A stretch of 63,910 bases of DNA, counting the filler, from Octopus bimaculoides (lineage: Eukaryota): the NCBI RefSeq assembly GCF_001194135.2. It is 6 parts of 6 records of this genome, joined end to end, with 100 filler letters (N's around TTAATTAATTAA, not from the genome) between each part and the next. Parts side by side here need not be neighbours in the genome. Positions count along the whole stretch, not along the records: positions 1 to 14,133 come from NC_068984.1; positions 14,234 to 27,833 come from NC_069008.1; 4 more parts are not named here. The stretch is one strand, 5' to 3'. The translations under genes were made by a program, and so were the position numbers. The notes beneath the pieces are model-generated. The model did no database searches. It saw only the letters and a list, made by a program, of their open reading frames with translations, and was not told where the DNA came from. Below are positions 12,336 to 22,693 of this stretch, in pieces; within the stretch, counting starts at the first letter, position 1; every line of letters begins with the position of its first letter.

Positions 12336-12769
12336 CGTGCATGTATGTATGTATGTATGTATGTATGTATGTATGTATGTATGTATGTATGCGTGAGGAC
12401 TTAGAAATTTTGGGTTTGGTACACAAGTGAGCATCTAGTCCTACCAGAGTGTGAAGACGACTAACATAAAAGATAGAGAACTCTTATAGAAAAGCGTGGT
12501 GTATGTTGTTTAATCAGTTTGTAACAAACATTTGAACTTTCTGCTATCAGCATTTCTCAAAAGTATTGCTGGTCATACAGAAGCCTTCACCACTGAAAAA
12601 AACATCTATATGGTTAGTTTAACAGCTATTTTATCGTCATTAGACCCTCGTACGCTGGAGCAAATAAGAGACTCCAACACACACACATGTGTACGTGTGT
12701 GTGTGAGTGTGTGTGTACATATGACTGATCAAATCAATTACCACGGTCTCTCCGGTCGTTGCTAGGACT

Positions 12770-12975
12770 AAATTCTTCAACGTGTCCTTTTTATGGTTGT
12801 AGTATGTTCAGTGGTACCTCAATTCTGCACGCCACACGTACTGCCAGTTTTTCTTGCTTCGGATTATTCCAACAACGTGCCAATTTCCAGGCTGCTTCAG
12901 GAACAACAGCTTACTTTCAAACTTGGCACTTCCTCATTTTTATGGAATAAACAACCGTTTATATTTCCGTTATAC
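12770..12975 (+). mobile_element. Penelope-like element, GIY-YIG C-terminal remnant
   Basis: RLLQEQQLTFKLGT followed after a frameshift by GINNRLYF, the Penelope end motif RxxxEQxLIFxLGTxxPxGxNxRF also seen at 62.3-62.45 kb. Confidence 0.6.
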
Positions 12976-13309
12976 TCATATTACTCAGCCCCAGAGCAAC
13001 AAATATATACTGTTATGCTCATACTCATGCACATTCACAGTGACTAGTACACAGATGCTGCTCACTTTTCTTATCCAAAATTTCTTCTCACTGTTCATGA
13101 CCAAAACAAGTATGAAATAAAAAGACACATACGCACGTAAACATATACTCAGAATATATATATATATATATATATATANNNNNNNNNNNNNNNNNNNNNN
13201 NNNNNNNNNNNNNNNNNNNNNNNNNNNNNNNNNNNNNNNNNNNNNNNNNNNNNNNNNNNNNNNNNNNNNNNNNNNNNNNNNNNAAACGCATGTTATAACT
13301 GCATACTTT

Positions 13310-13395
13310 ATTCCGACATATGTTTCGAAGAATTACAATTTATGCGATCCATAGGAATCGTCAATGTTAAAAATGTAAGCTTCTCCTCAGGGAAT
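13310..13395 (-). ncRNA. Type I hammerhead ribozyme (Penelope/retrozyme-type, minimal palindromic stem III)
   Basis: Minus strand: AUUCC (stem I) - CUGAGGA - GAAG...CUUC (stem II, 57 nt) - GAAAC - AUAU - GUC / GGAAU (stem I). All core nucleotides canonical; predicted cleavage between 13315 and 13314. Confidence 0.88.
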
Positions 13396-13809
13396 GTATG
13401 GGAACCATCTTAAACGTAAGACATTATGACCGAGTATGATAACTATAGTTGGATAAGGTTATGACGTAATTCATTTGAAAAAACCGTTAGAGTTTTGGAC
13501 GCTACCAGATAGTAGGTTGGACAAGAAAAAAAAACTGGAAGAGATAGAGAGAAAGGAAAATTCAGAGTGTAGATTTGTGAGTAGATAGGATAATATAGAT
13601 CTAATAAAAAAAAATTTAAAAAAATTTTTTTTATTGGAGAGGAATGTTATGTAATAAAAATGCAATATAATTGGGGTTAATACTGTGTTTCTATGAAAAA
13701 ATTGAGATGAATGTACATAAACACTTATACTTATGTGTATGCTCATATATATACACAAACAAATCCACAATTACTGCCATAAGTTCTGTATACATGTGTA
13801 TATATGTGG

Positions 13810-13854
<45 letters not shown>

Positions 13855-14019
13855 GGTGTGTGTATATGTATTTGTATGTATATGTGTATATATATGTGTA
13901 TATATGTATGTATATGTATGTATGTGTATATGTGTATATATATGTATGAATGCATATGTATATATGTGTGTTTATGTTTGTGTGTATATATATGTGTATT
14001 TGTGCATATGTGTGTATAC

Positions 14020-14067
<48 letters not shown>

Positions 14068-14133
14068 ATATATATGTATTTGTATGTGTGTATGTATGTA
14101 TATGCATATATGTGTATATGTATATATATGTAT

Positions 14134-14233
14134 NNNNNNNNNNNNNNNNNNNNNNNNNNNNNNNNNNNNNNNNNNNNTTAATTAATTAANNNNNNNNNNN
14201 NNNNNNNNNNNNNNNNNNNNNNNNNNNNNNNNN
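14134..14233. other. Artificial scaffold linker (44 N + TTAATTAATTAA + 44 N); also at 27834-27933, 34436-34535, 41789-41888, 60932-61031
   Basis: The same 12-mer, which gives stops in all six frames, sits in the middle of five 100-nt N blocks. Confidence 0.92.
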
Positions 14234-14532
14234 GACACGGAAAACTGAAACGAAACACACGAAGAAACCGGAAAGTTTCACCGGTGTGAAAAGACTTGAA
14301 ATTACCCACCAATGTCAAGTTATCTCTCCTTAATCTGAACGCGATTTCAATTAGTCCTCTTTCATCTCCACCCTGTCTCGTTTGCCACTCACGACAGGTT
14401 TATATCATTCAATTCATGTAATATTCACGATTCGAAGCTAATTTTAAAATGTGAAGGAAAAAATTGTATTTCTCAGTACAATACTTCACTCTCAGAAAAA
14501 TCACACTCACCCCTGCCATCCTAGCAGAAAAT
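14234..14532 (-). promoter_or_regulatory. Copy 1 of the ZNF 5' module (upstream region plus start of a non-coding first exon); gene body lies beyond the linker
   Basis: Reverse complement aligns along its length with 21000-21290 and shares an identical 24-mer with 20293-20316. Confidence 0.6.
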
Positions 14533-15721
14533 AATGTTCATCGCAAGATAAATGGACAGTGTCTTGAGAGCTCCTTCTTTGCTTTTTGAATTCGGCACTA
14601 AGTACCGAAAGTAGAGAGGCTTCGTTATAACTAGAGAATATTTTACAACTTTACATTTATGCATTTGTTTTGCAAGATTCTTCATGTGAAAACGTGTGTT
14701 GCAACAAGTATTGATATTGAGGAATAGTCAGAGACGAATAAACCAAAAATAAATTTAAAAATCTAAAGTTAAGAACGAATGAATAGTATGTTAATGTTTA
14801 CATTACCCGGAAACGAGATAGAAAATAAATAGTGCCACGGGTGTAAATAAATGTGTAGGAAACGAATATGAAACCAAAACTGAGGAGAAAGCAACTAGGT
14901 GATTGGGGAAGATCCGAGTTTTTCCCTCACAACTTTTAGGAAAATGGTTTCTTTTTGAATGAAATTTTATATAAATACCTTTCAAATTGCATAGATTACG
15001 ATTATAAAGAAATTTGTGTGTAAAACCTTTTCCGAAAAAGTGGGGAGAGGACTTCAGAAAATTCACAAAATCCGATTTTTTCCCTCGTAACTTTAAGGAA
15101 AATAGGGCGGAAGTAAAGGGTATGGACTGCACCTCCTTCCGTTTGTTGGGTTTTTTTTTATCTCTGCAGAAACCCATTAATTTGAATGCGGAGATTCAGA
15201 ATCTGCATTTCAAAATTTAAATTCCCCACACCGCCTAATTTCTTCATTTTTTCAATTGTTTTAGAATTTTTTTGGCGAAATACGTTGAAAAATATGGAGA
15301 TTATGATTCTGAAAAAAAAAATTTGTAAAATTTCAATTTTTCAAAAAATAAATAAACACCACTCCCCACCGCCCTATGATAGATAATAGGATTAAAGTGT
15401 TTTCTCTGACAAGCTAGAAACAACAGCCAAACCAAAGATCAACTTTCTAAATACAAATTACTAAAACATGCTGGAGTACCACCTTTACTTGAACAAATTG
15501 ACCCCGGGACTTCTTCTTTGTAAGCCTAGTACTTAATCTATCGGTCCCTTTTTGCTGAACTGCTGCGTTATGGGGATGTAAACACACCAGCATCGGTTGC
15601 CAAGCAATGGTGGGGGGACAAACACAGACACAGACACACAGACATATATATATATATNNNNNNNNNNGACAAACACAGACACAGACACACAGACATATAT
15701 ATATATATATATATATACTGA

Positions 15722-16020
15722 CCAGATCTGTAGATGGTGTAAAGTCCCCTCTCAACCCAAGGTAATGTGGTGGTCGAACAATGTAGTTGACAGGGCCTTT
15801 AGGGAAAAGAAACAGGCATGGAAGGACTGGAAGAACGGTGGTAGCGGGGAATTGTATCAGACTGCCAGAACGGAAGCTAGAAGACAGGTTTACTTAGCCA
15901 GAGGGGAAGCAGATAAGAAAAAATTGCCAATGTTCTGCGTCGTGAGGACCAAAGATTTGAGGTGTTTCGTGTTGCAAGACTGTGTGAGAGAGATAATCGT
16001 GATGTCATAGGAGAGGAATG
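15722..16020 (+). mobile_element. RTE-like LINE ORF2 fragment (region between endonuclease and RT)
   Basis: PKVMWWSNNVVDRAFREKKQAWKDWKNGGSGELYQTARTEARRQVYLAR has the WW..V..A..EKK.A..(K)W..Y..AR..A linker pattern of APE-LINE ORF2; clade assignment is from recall. Confidence 0.65.
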
Positions 16021-16183
16021 TGTCCACATGGATGGCCCCTGGACTGGCTCTTGTGTGGGTGGCACATAAAAGACACCATTTCGNNNNNNNNNNNNNNNNN
16101 NNNNNNNNNNNNNNNNNNNNNNNNNNNNNNNNNNNNNNNNNNNNNNNNNNNNNNNNNNNNNNNNNNNNNNNNNNNNNNNNNNN

Positions 16184-16562
16184 AGATATCACAGTGATAT
16201 GGTTTTTCTCCTGTATGAGTACGTGTGTGCTTATTTAAGTCACCAGAGTGAGAAAATGATTTACCACAGATATCGCAGTGATAGGGTTTTTCTCCTGTGT
16301 GAGTTCGTTTATGACCAGTGAGTGCATCATTTCTAGAGAATGAGTTACCACAGATATCACACTTATATGGTTTTTCTCCTGTATGAGTACGTTTGTGTTT
16401 AGTTAAGTGACCACATACAGAGAATGATTTACCACAAATTTCACAGGGATATGGTTTCTCACCTCCATTAATACATTTGTGTTTAATGAGGTTACTTTCC
16501 AGAGAAAATGATTGTTGACAGATACCACAATGGTATGAGGATTTTTCAGTCTCTTTTTGCAT
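16184..16562 (-). CDS. C2H2 zinc-finger protein ZNF-A, N-terminal part (3' end lost in the gap at 16084-16183)
   Basis: ATG at 16562 (MQKETEK); one degenerate finger lacking the second His, three canonical fingers with TGEKP linkers, start of a fifth; candidate acceptor tttctctactgtacag ending at 16753. Confidence 0.9.
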
Positions 16563-17198
16563 CTCTTCAAAAAAATAATAAATCAATCCTTTAAGTCTGT
16601 ATCATTATCCCTTGTTTCAATAGTTTTCTCTTCTCAGAACAATATGTTTATTTTCCTTTTTCACTTTTTATTGTCTTTCAAATGTTTTACAGCTCTGATT
16701 TTCATCCAACTTTAATTACAAGGAAGCAAATTCATCTTAAACATATTGCAGACTGTACAGTAGAGAAATGTTGCCATTAATCTCCATTCAGAAAAAAATA
16801 TTTCACTGTAGTTTACCACAGAATTATATATTTGTTGCAGGTAAAATTTTTCTTTAGTCTTTAAGAGATAACAAATTTTGATGATTAATCTGATGTAAGA
16901 AATCCTTTGATGTCACAATTCTCTGATATTCTGAAACAATAGAGAAACAACAGTATAAGATGCAGAGATGCAACAGTGGAAGTGTTATGACATGTCTACA
17001 AAGATAAATTGTATTGAGTTGGCAAGAAGGTAATTTCGTTTTTTGTAAATAGATAGAGTTATGATTTTTTTCAATGACTTTCGTCAATGTTATGATTTTT
17101 TTTCCTTTTGACACTTGATAGCTGTTACATCTTGCTTACTTTAGAAGCAAGTTGTATGTAATTTTGTTTACAGCTGTTAGATCAGTGTCAATTTTAAT

Positions 17199-17396
17199 AT
17201 AGAGTGCAAAAATGAACATTTTTGCCATATTTTGTTGTTTTTTTTTTCTGTAAAGGCAAGAAAGCTGCTGAGGCTCACAAAGAGAGATATGAAGTTTATG
17301 GTGTTAATTGCTTAACAGAATTCACATATCAGAAATGGTTTAAAAAATTCAATTCTGGAGATTTTTTCCCTCGAAGATGACCAACATTCTGGTCGA
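17199..17396 (+). mobile_element. Mariner transposase N-terminal (HTH) fragment
   Basis: With small frameshifts reads ECKNEHFCHILLFFF..KGKKAAEAHKE..EVYG..CLT..YQKWFKKFNSGDF.LEDDQHSGR, the mariner HTH ending in the SGRP motif. Confidence 0.85.
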
Positions 17397-17398
17397 GA

Positions 17399-18230
17399 AA
17401 GTGGCCAGGGGAGACTTCAGGGCTGTGCTGCTGGAATGGTAAGGTCCAACTGCCTCCTCTGAAGAATCCACTGCCCCCTTTGAATTCTCTAATGACAAGT
17501 TCAACATTGGAGTCTGAACTTTTTCTAGACCGCTTCGCAAGATACAATTCAACATTTCAAATGACTTCCTTTGGAGCTACCATCATAGGTTAGGGTGACT
17601 TCATGCCAACTTTTAAAGTCCAAGGGCAAATTTACCACAAAATCGGATTGCTTCTGCCAATGTTGAATGAAGAGCCTCAGTTCATACAACTCTATTTTGT
17701 CGGTGACCACATGGGCCAAGCAGAAAGGCATGCTTCAATTTCACATGACACAAAATCAGACATCTTACTAAAACTTCAAATGATGTTGCACAAAGAAAAG
17801 AGCTATGTTTGCAGCTTCAAATATGCATTGGAAGCTGTTCCTACACCAAACTTTACTGTTGTCATTGACACTGACAAGAAGCCACCTAGCTCCCATGCAG
17901 GCGGCTTTAACGCACCCACATGCAATGAAATTGCTGTGGTTCTTCATGGAGAACACCAGTGTCCCTTCAGTGTAGGAACAAGAACCTGCAAAGAATCAGT
18001 GAAACCCACAGTTCCTACGACTCAATGCAATACCCCTGTCCTCTTCCAGATGCTGCTAATGAATATCAGTTCGGAATTCTTTGGTGCGGCAGCAACAAAT
18101 GTAACTCCTGCAAGCAATTCTACACTTACTGTTTTATGGTCTGCAATGACTGCTTCAATCACCAGACCGTGGCTGTCAATTTACTGTGGACGTGCACGAA
18201 AATGGAGTCCAAATTCAATAAGCATATAGA
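17399..18230 (+). mobile_element. Helitron RepHel N-terminal fragment (pseudogenised)
   Basis: KWPGETSGLCCWNGKVQLPPL...RYNSTFQMTSFGAT..*..MPTFKVQGQIYHKIG.LLP..FNAPTCNEIAVV, then after a frameshift LQRISETHSSYDSMQYP; these are Helitron helicase-like N-domain motifs. One TAG at 17591-17593. Confidence 0.9.
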
Positions 18231-18653
18231 TACGTGTATAAAGAAATAGACATGAATGAACGGATCAGCCAGGAAAAGACAAATAAATAGACAGACATAA
18301 AAAAAAAAATGGCTGAAAAAGTTTTACGATTATTTAAGGAAAACACAAGCAAATTCTTTTCCCTTTAATATTTTTGTCTATATTTAATTTTGAGCTGCAT
18401 ATGTGCGTCAATTCGCTACAATCTCTTCAAAGTTAACAAAATAAAAATTTGAAATTCAGAGGTGGGGGTTGAAGTCTGAAAAACAAAAAAATTTTTTTCT
18501 TTTTTTTTGCTTATTCGTAATTTCCGATATCTGAAACGTAGGAATCTGAAAAAATATTTTCAGAAAAATGCATATTTCAATGAGAGGGTCGAAACTGCAT
18601 TTGCCCCATTTAAAGAAAGACGAAAAGCGTTATTCCCCCATGGAGATATGCTC

Positions 18654-18832
18654 TTTTGTTAGTTTCAGTCACTTGACTGCGGCCATGCTGGAGCACCGCC
18701 TTTAGTCGAGCAAATTGACCTCAGGACTTATTCTATCGGTCTCTTCTGCCGAACCGTTAAGTTACGGGGACGTGAACACACCAACATCACTTGTCAAGCG
18801 ATGGTGGGGGTGACAAACACAGACACACAAAC

Positions 18833-18879
<47 letters not shown>

Positions 18880-18895
18880 TACGACGGGCTTCTTG
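18654..18895 (-). mobile_element. Family B SINE (internal microsatellite type), partial
   Basis: gtttcagtcacttgactgcggccatgctggagcaccgcctttagtcgagcaa...gacaaacacagacacacaaac(TA)n(GA)n..gacgggcttctt, same layout as 24798 and 57815. Confidence 0.85.
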
Positions 18896-19909
18896 ATGTA
18901 AACAAACGCACGTGCTCTCGATTGGCATTTCTAGGTATTCTAACGAAAGATCATATATATATATANNNNNNNNNNNNNNNNNNNNNNNNNNNNNNNNNNN
19001 NNNNNNNNNNNNNNNNNNNNNNNNNNNNNNNNNNNNNNNNNNNNNNNNNNNNNNNNNNNNNNNNNNNNNNNNNNNNNNNNNNNNNNNNNNNNNNNNNNNN
19101 NNNNNNNNNNNNNNNNNNNNNNNNNNNNNNNNNNNNNNNNNNNNNNNNNNNNNNNNNNNNNNNNNNNNNNNNNNNNNNNNNNNNNNNNNNNNNNNNNNNN
19201 NNNNNNNNNNNNNNNNNNNNNNNNNNNNNNNNNNNNNNNNNNNNNNNNNNNNNNNNNNNNNNNNNNNNNNNNNNNNNNNNNNNNNNNNNNNNNNNNNNNN
19301 NNNNNNNNNNNNNNNNNNNNNNNNNNNNNNNNNNNNNNNNNNNNNNNNNNNNNNNNNNNNNNNNNNNNNNNNNNNNNNNNNNNNNNNNNNNNNNNNNNNN
19401 NNNNNNNNNNNNNNNNNNNNNNNNNNNNNNNNNNNNNNNNNNNNNNNNNNNNNNNNNNNNNNNNNNAAAGACGACTGTACGAATACAAACAAATATTTCC
19501 GGGGGAGGTAAGAATGCGCACACCATCCGTTTTCGGCGTAACCGTAACCCTAAATACCAGGTGTGCATATTCTTTACCTTCACCAATATTTCCTATAAAT
19601 CAACTTTAGCAAATAACGGATGACTAGGGTTTGTATTCAGTACTTGCTGGAATATTTTCCGTATTTTTCACACAGATGAATTTTTAATATTTAAGCAATT
19701 ATATTCCCACTTAAATGAATAGACAATTTTCCATCACTTACATCGTAATCCGTTAATCTTTCGACTACAGTGAAGTCTATATATATATATATATATATAT
19801 GTATATAAAATTTATTAATAAGGGTAGAAATTGATATTAATCAATTAAAACCAGTGGTCTAGCATATTAAAGAAATCTCAAGATTAAAATTATATTACAT
19901 ACAAAAATA

Positions 19910-20077
19910 AGAGGAATGACCAGCAAAATTGAACTCCTATATGCTAGAAATAGATGCCGAATCATCTAACCACGAAAAATATGTTCTCAGTAAAAATTTA
20001 GCGACACAACAGACTGGTTAGATGATTCGGCATCTATTTCTAGCATATAGGAGTCCACTTTTGCTGGTCATTCCTCT
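19910..20077. repeat. Long inverted repeat: 63-bp arms (2 mismatches), 42-nt loop
   Basis: 19910-19972 is the reverse complement of 20015-20077 except gagttcaatt vs gagtccactt. Confidence 0.95.
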
Positions 20078-20160
20078 AATATATATATATTTACGTCTAG
20101 TTATATTAGACTACGAATCTATCAATTTATTACTTCCACACTGCTGAATAAAGGACTTAC

Positions 20161-20330
20161 ACGTATTTCTCCATAAATTTCTTAATTTCTGTTTCTCATC
20201 CCTTCTAATCTTCGTCTCCGGTAGATAATCTCCAAACGGAACTAAAATTTCACGAGGGAAATGTAAAAACTGACTCGGAAAAACATGAAACAAAACACAC
20301 GAAGAAACCGGAAAGTGTCACTTGTGTAAA
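20161..20330 (-). promoter_or_regulatory. Copy 2 of the ZNF 5' module: putative non-coding first exon of ZNF-A
   Basis: Inverted homologue of 21250-21440; GTAAGT donor at 20160-20155 and a second conserved GTAAGT at 19741-19736; same strand as and upstream of ZNF-A. Confidence 0.55.
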
Positions 20331-20999
20331 GAGAAGAAATTACTTGCTACCCAGCGTATGTTCAAATTCGTACGAGAAGTTGACTCATTTAACATCAAAA
20401 TTGGATTTACAGAAAAAATTAGGGTTTGAATCTAATGAAAATTTAATAAAATCTAATCACAAGTATGTGAAATTATGCTAAATACAACTAAATTGAAAAC
20501 CTAGATTCCAGAAAATTGCCAAAAATCGGAATTTTGACATTTTTTTACCCCCTCCCCTCCCCCTCCAATTTCTTTTCACTTTTTTCCGTAACCCTAACCC
20601 TAAGTACACAAAAAAAAACAGTACAAAAGCATGAACGATGTCATAAATAACTGACAAACGAAATATACACCGCCAATAGTTGTTGTTGACAAACAACAGC
20701 AGTAATTTTATTCAGCTGAATACACGTCATTGATTGGTTGAAATTATCGAAATACGACAACTTTAACACGAAATAACTTCTAAAATATAAACTTTTCTCA
20801 ACAACATTAAGAGTAAAAGATGTTTTATATGACACATTCTACCAGTGGCCCAAGTTTGAAAGTGTTTCGTTAGAAAACAAATGGTGTCCGCCAAATCAGA
20901 AACATCCTAATAAGGAAATGAGATATCATTAACATTAACAGATTTTTTCAATTTCAAAAACCAAAGGGAGGACCTCTAGGGTCTGCCCATGTGTTGGGA

Positions 21000-21490
21000 C
21001 GAACATTATTTTGTGCTAGGATGTGATTTTTGCGAAAGCGAGGTAACGTACTGAAAAGTCGGTTGTTTTTTTTTTCCCCCCTCATTTTTAGATTAGCTTA
21101 CAATATTGAATTTTACATGAATTCAATGATCCAAAAGTATCAAGAGTTGCAAACGAGACAGGGGATAACTGAAACAGGACTAATTGAAAGCGCGTTCAGA
21201 TTAGCGAGAGATAACTCGACATAGGTGTGTAATTTCAAGTCTTTTTATTCCAGTGACACATTCGTGTTTCGTTTCATGTTCCGTGTCAGTTTTTACATTT
21301 TACTTGTGAAATTTTAGTTCCATGAAGAGATTACGGAAGACGAAGATTAAAAGTGAAGGGAATCAGAAATACAAATAAGTCCTTTACTCAGCAGTGTTAA
21401 AGTAGTAACGTAATTGATTCATTGTCTAATATAACTAGAATTGAAGTAGAAAGATGAACGGATTACGATGTAAGTAATGATGGAAAAGGT
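21000..21490 (+). promoter_or_regulatory. Copy 3 of the ZNF 5' module: putative promoter and first exon of ZNF-B
   Basis: Homologous to copies 1 and 2 in the opposite orientation; GTAAGT at 21470-21475; strong acceptors ttctttattctttcag (ends 23435) and ttttcag (ends 23443) upstream of the ZNF-B ORF. Confidence 0.55.
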
Positions 21491-21551
21491 GGACCGTTTC
21501 ATTTTATTTTATTTTATTATTTTATTTTTTTGATATTTTTTCGGCACTGTC

Positions 21552-22318
21552 ATGGTATTAGCTGTCAGAAGCGAAAGTAGAAAAATCTAAACAAGGAATG
21601 TTACTGCTGGTTTGAGTTGAAATCTGTTTCTTTGGCTACTGACTGGCCGGAGCTATCTATCTGTCTGTCTATCTCTCTATCACTCGTCCACCTTCGTTTG
21701 TTTCCGTAGAATTTATCAAATTAGAAAAAAAAACTTTTTGGCTACTTCCATCATGCTAGCTCCACACGAGGGGCATATTTTTGGGGGTATTTAAAAGTCC
21801 ATGTCTCTTAAGCCAATTAATACTATTTTCTGTTGTAGCGGTGGCGATGGCAATATCGCGGTGATTAATTCCAACTTTGGATTACGCGTGGTGGTGGTCA
21901 TTGGTGGTGCNNNNNNNNNNNNNNNNNNNNNNNNNNNNNNNNNNNNNNNNNNNNNNNNNNNNNNNNNNNNNNNNNNNNNNNNNNNNNNNNNNNNNNNNNN
22001 NNNNNNNNNNNNNNNNNNNAAATATATTTATTTATAAAGTTTAAACTGAACATGAAATGAAATATATTTATTTATAAAGTTTAAACTGAATTTCATTTGT
22101 TTAAATTCTACGGAAATGCATTTTCTAATTTGATAAATTCTACGGAAACAAACGAAGGTGGACGAGTGATAGATAGATAGATAGATAGAGAGAGGGGGGA
22201 GAGAGACAGACAGATAGCTCCGGCCAGTCAGTAGCCAAAGAAACAGATTTCAACTCAAACCAGCAGTAACATTCCTTGTTTGGATTTTTCTACTTTCATT
22301 TCTGACAGCTAATACCAT
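21552..22318. repeat. Inverted duplication, arms 21552-21728 and 22121-22318
   Basis: Arms nearly identical apart from about three substitutions and a different internal microsatellite; an N gap (21911-22019) lies in the spacer. Confidence 0.85.
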
Positions 22319-22693
22319 TTTCTACAAAAATTTACGTTTTCAGCTACGAAGATTCCGAGTTTGTAAAATCGCCAATTTGGCATTTGAAAATTTCAATTCC
22401 CTCCAATTTCTTCATTTTTCAGAAATAATTTTGGGCGAAATACGTGGAAAAATACGGAGATTATGTATAGGAAAAAGTAATTTTTAAAAATTTCAAAAAA
22501 AAAAAATAATAAACAGAAAACAGAAAAGGGAATCCTCTCGCCAATGTTTGTTGCTACTCACGTTATAGAAGAGTGGGTGGGAGTAACTGGGATGGCGTTG
22601 GCGAGAGAAATAAAATAATGATGATGGAGTAAAAACGATGTTTCTGATGAGAGAAACATCTTAAACTTCACCATTCAGTAGCTTCATATACAT

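Noticed and set aside
16005-16183. C-terminal extension of the ZNF-A ORF across the gap (EMVSFMCHPHKSQ...)
   Set aside because: Sequence past the N gap is a dispersed repeat also present at 27.7 kb; frame continuity through Ns is meaningless.
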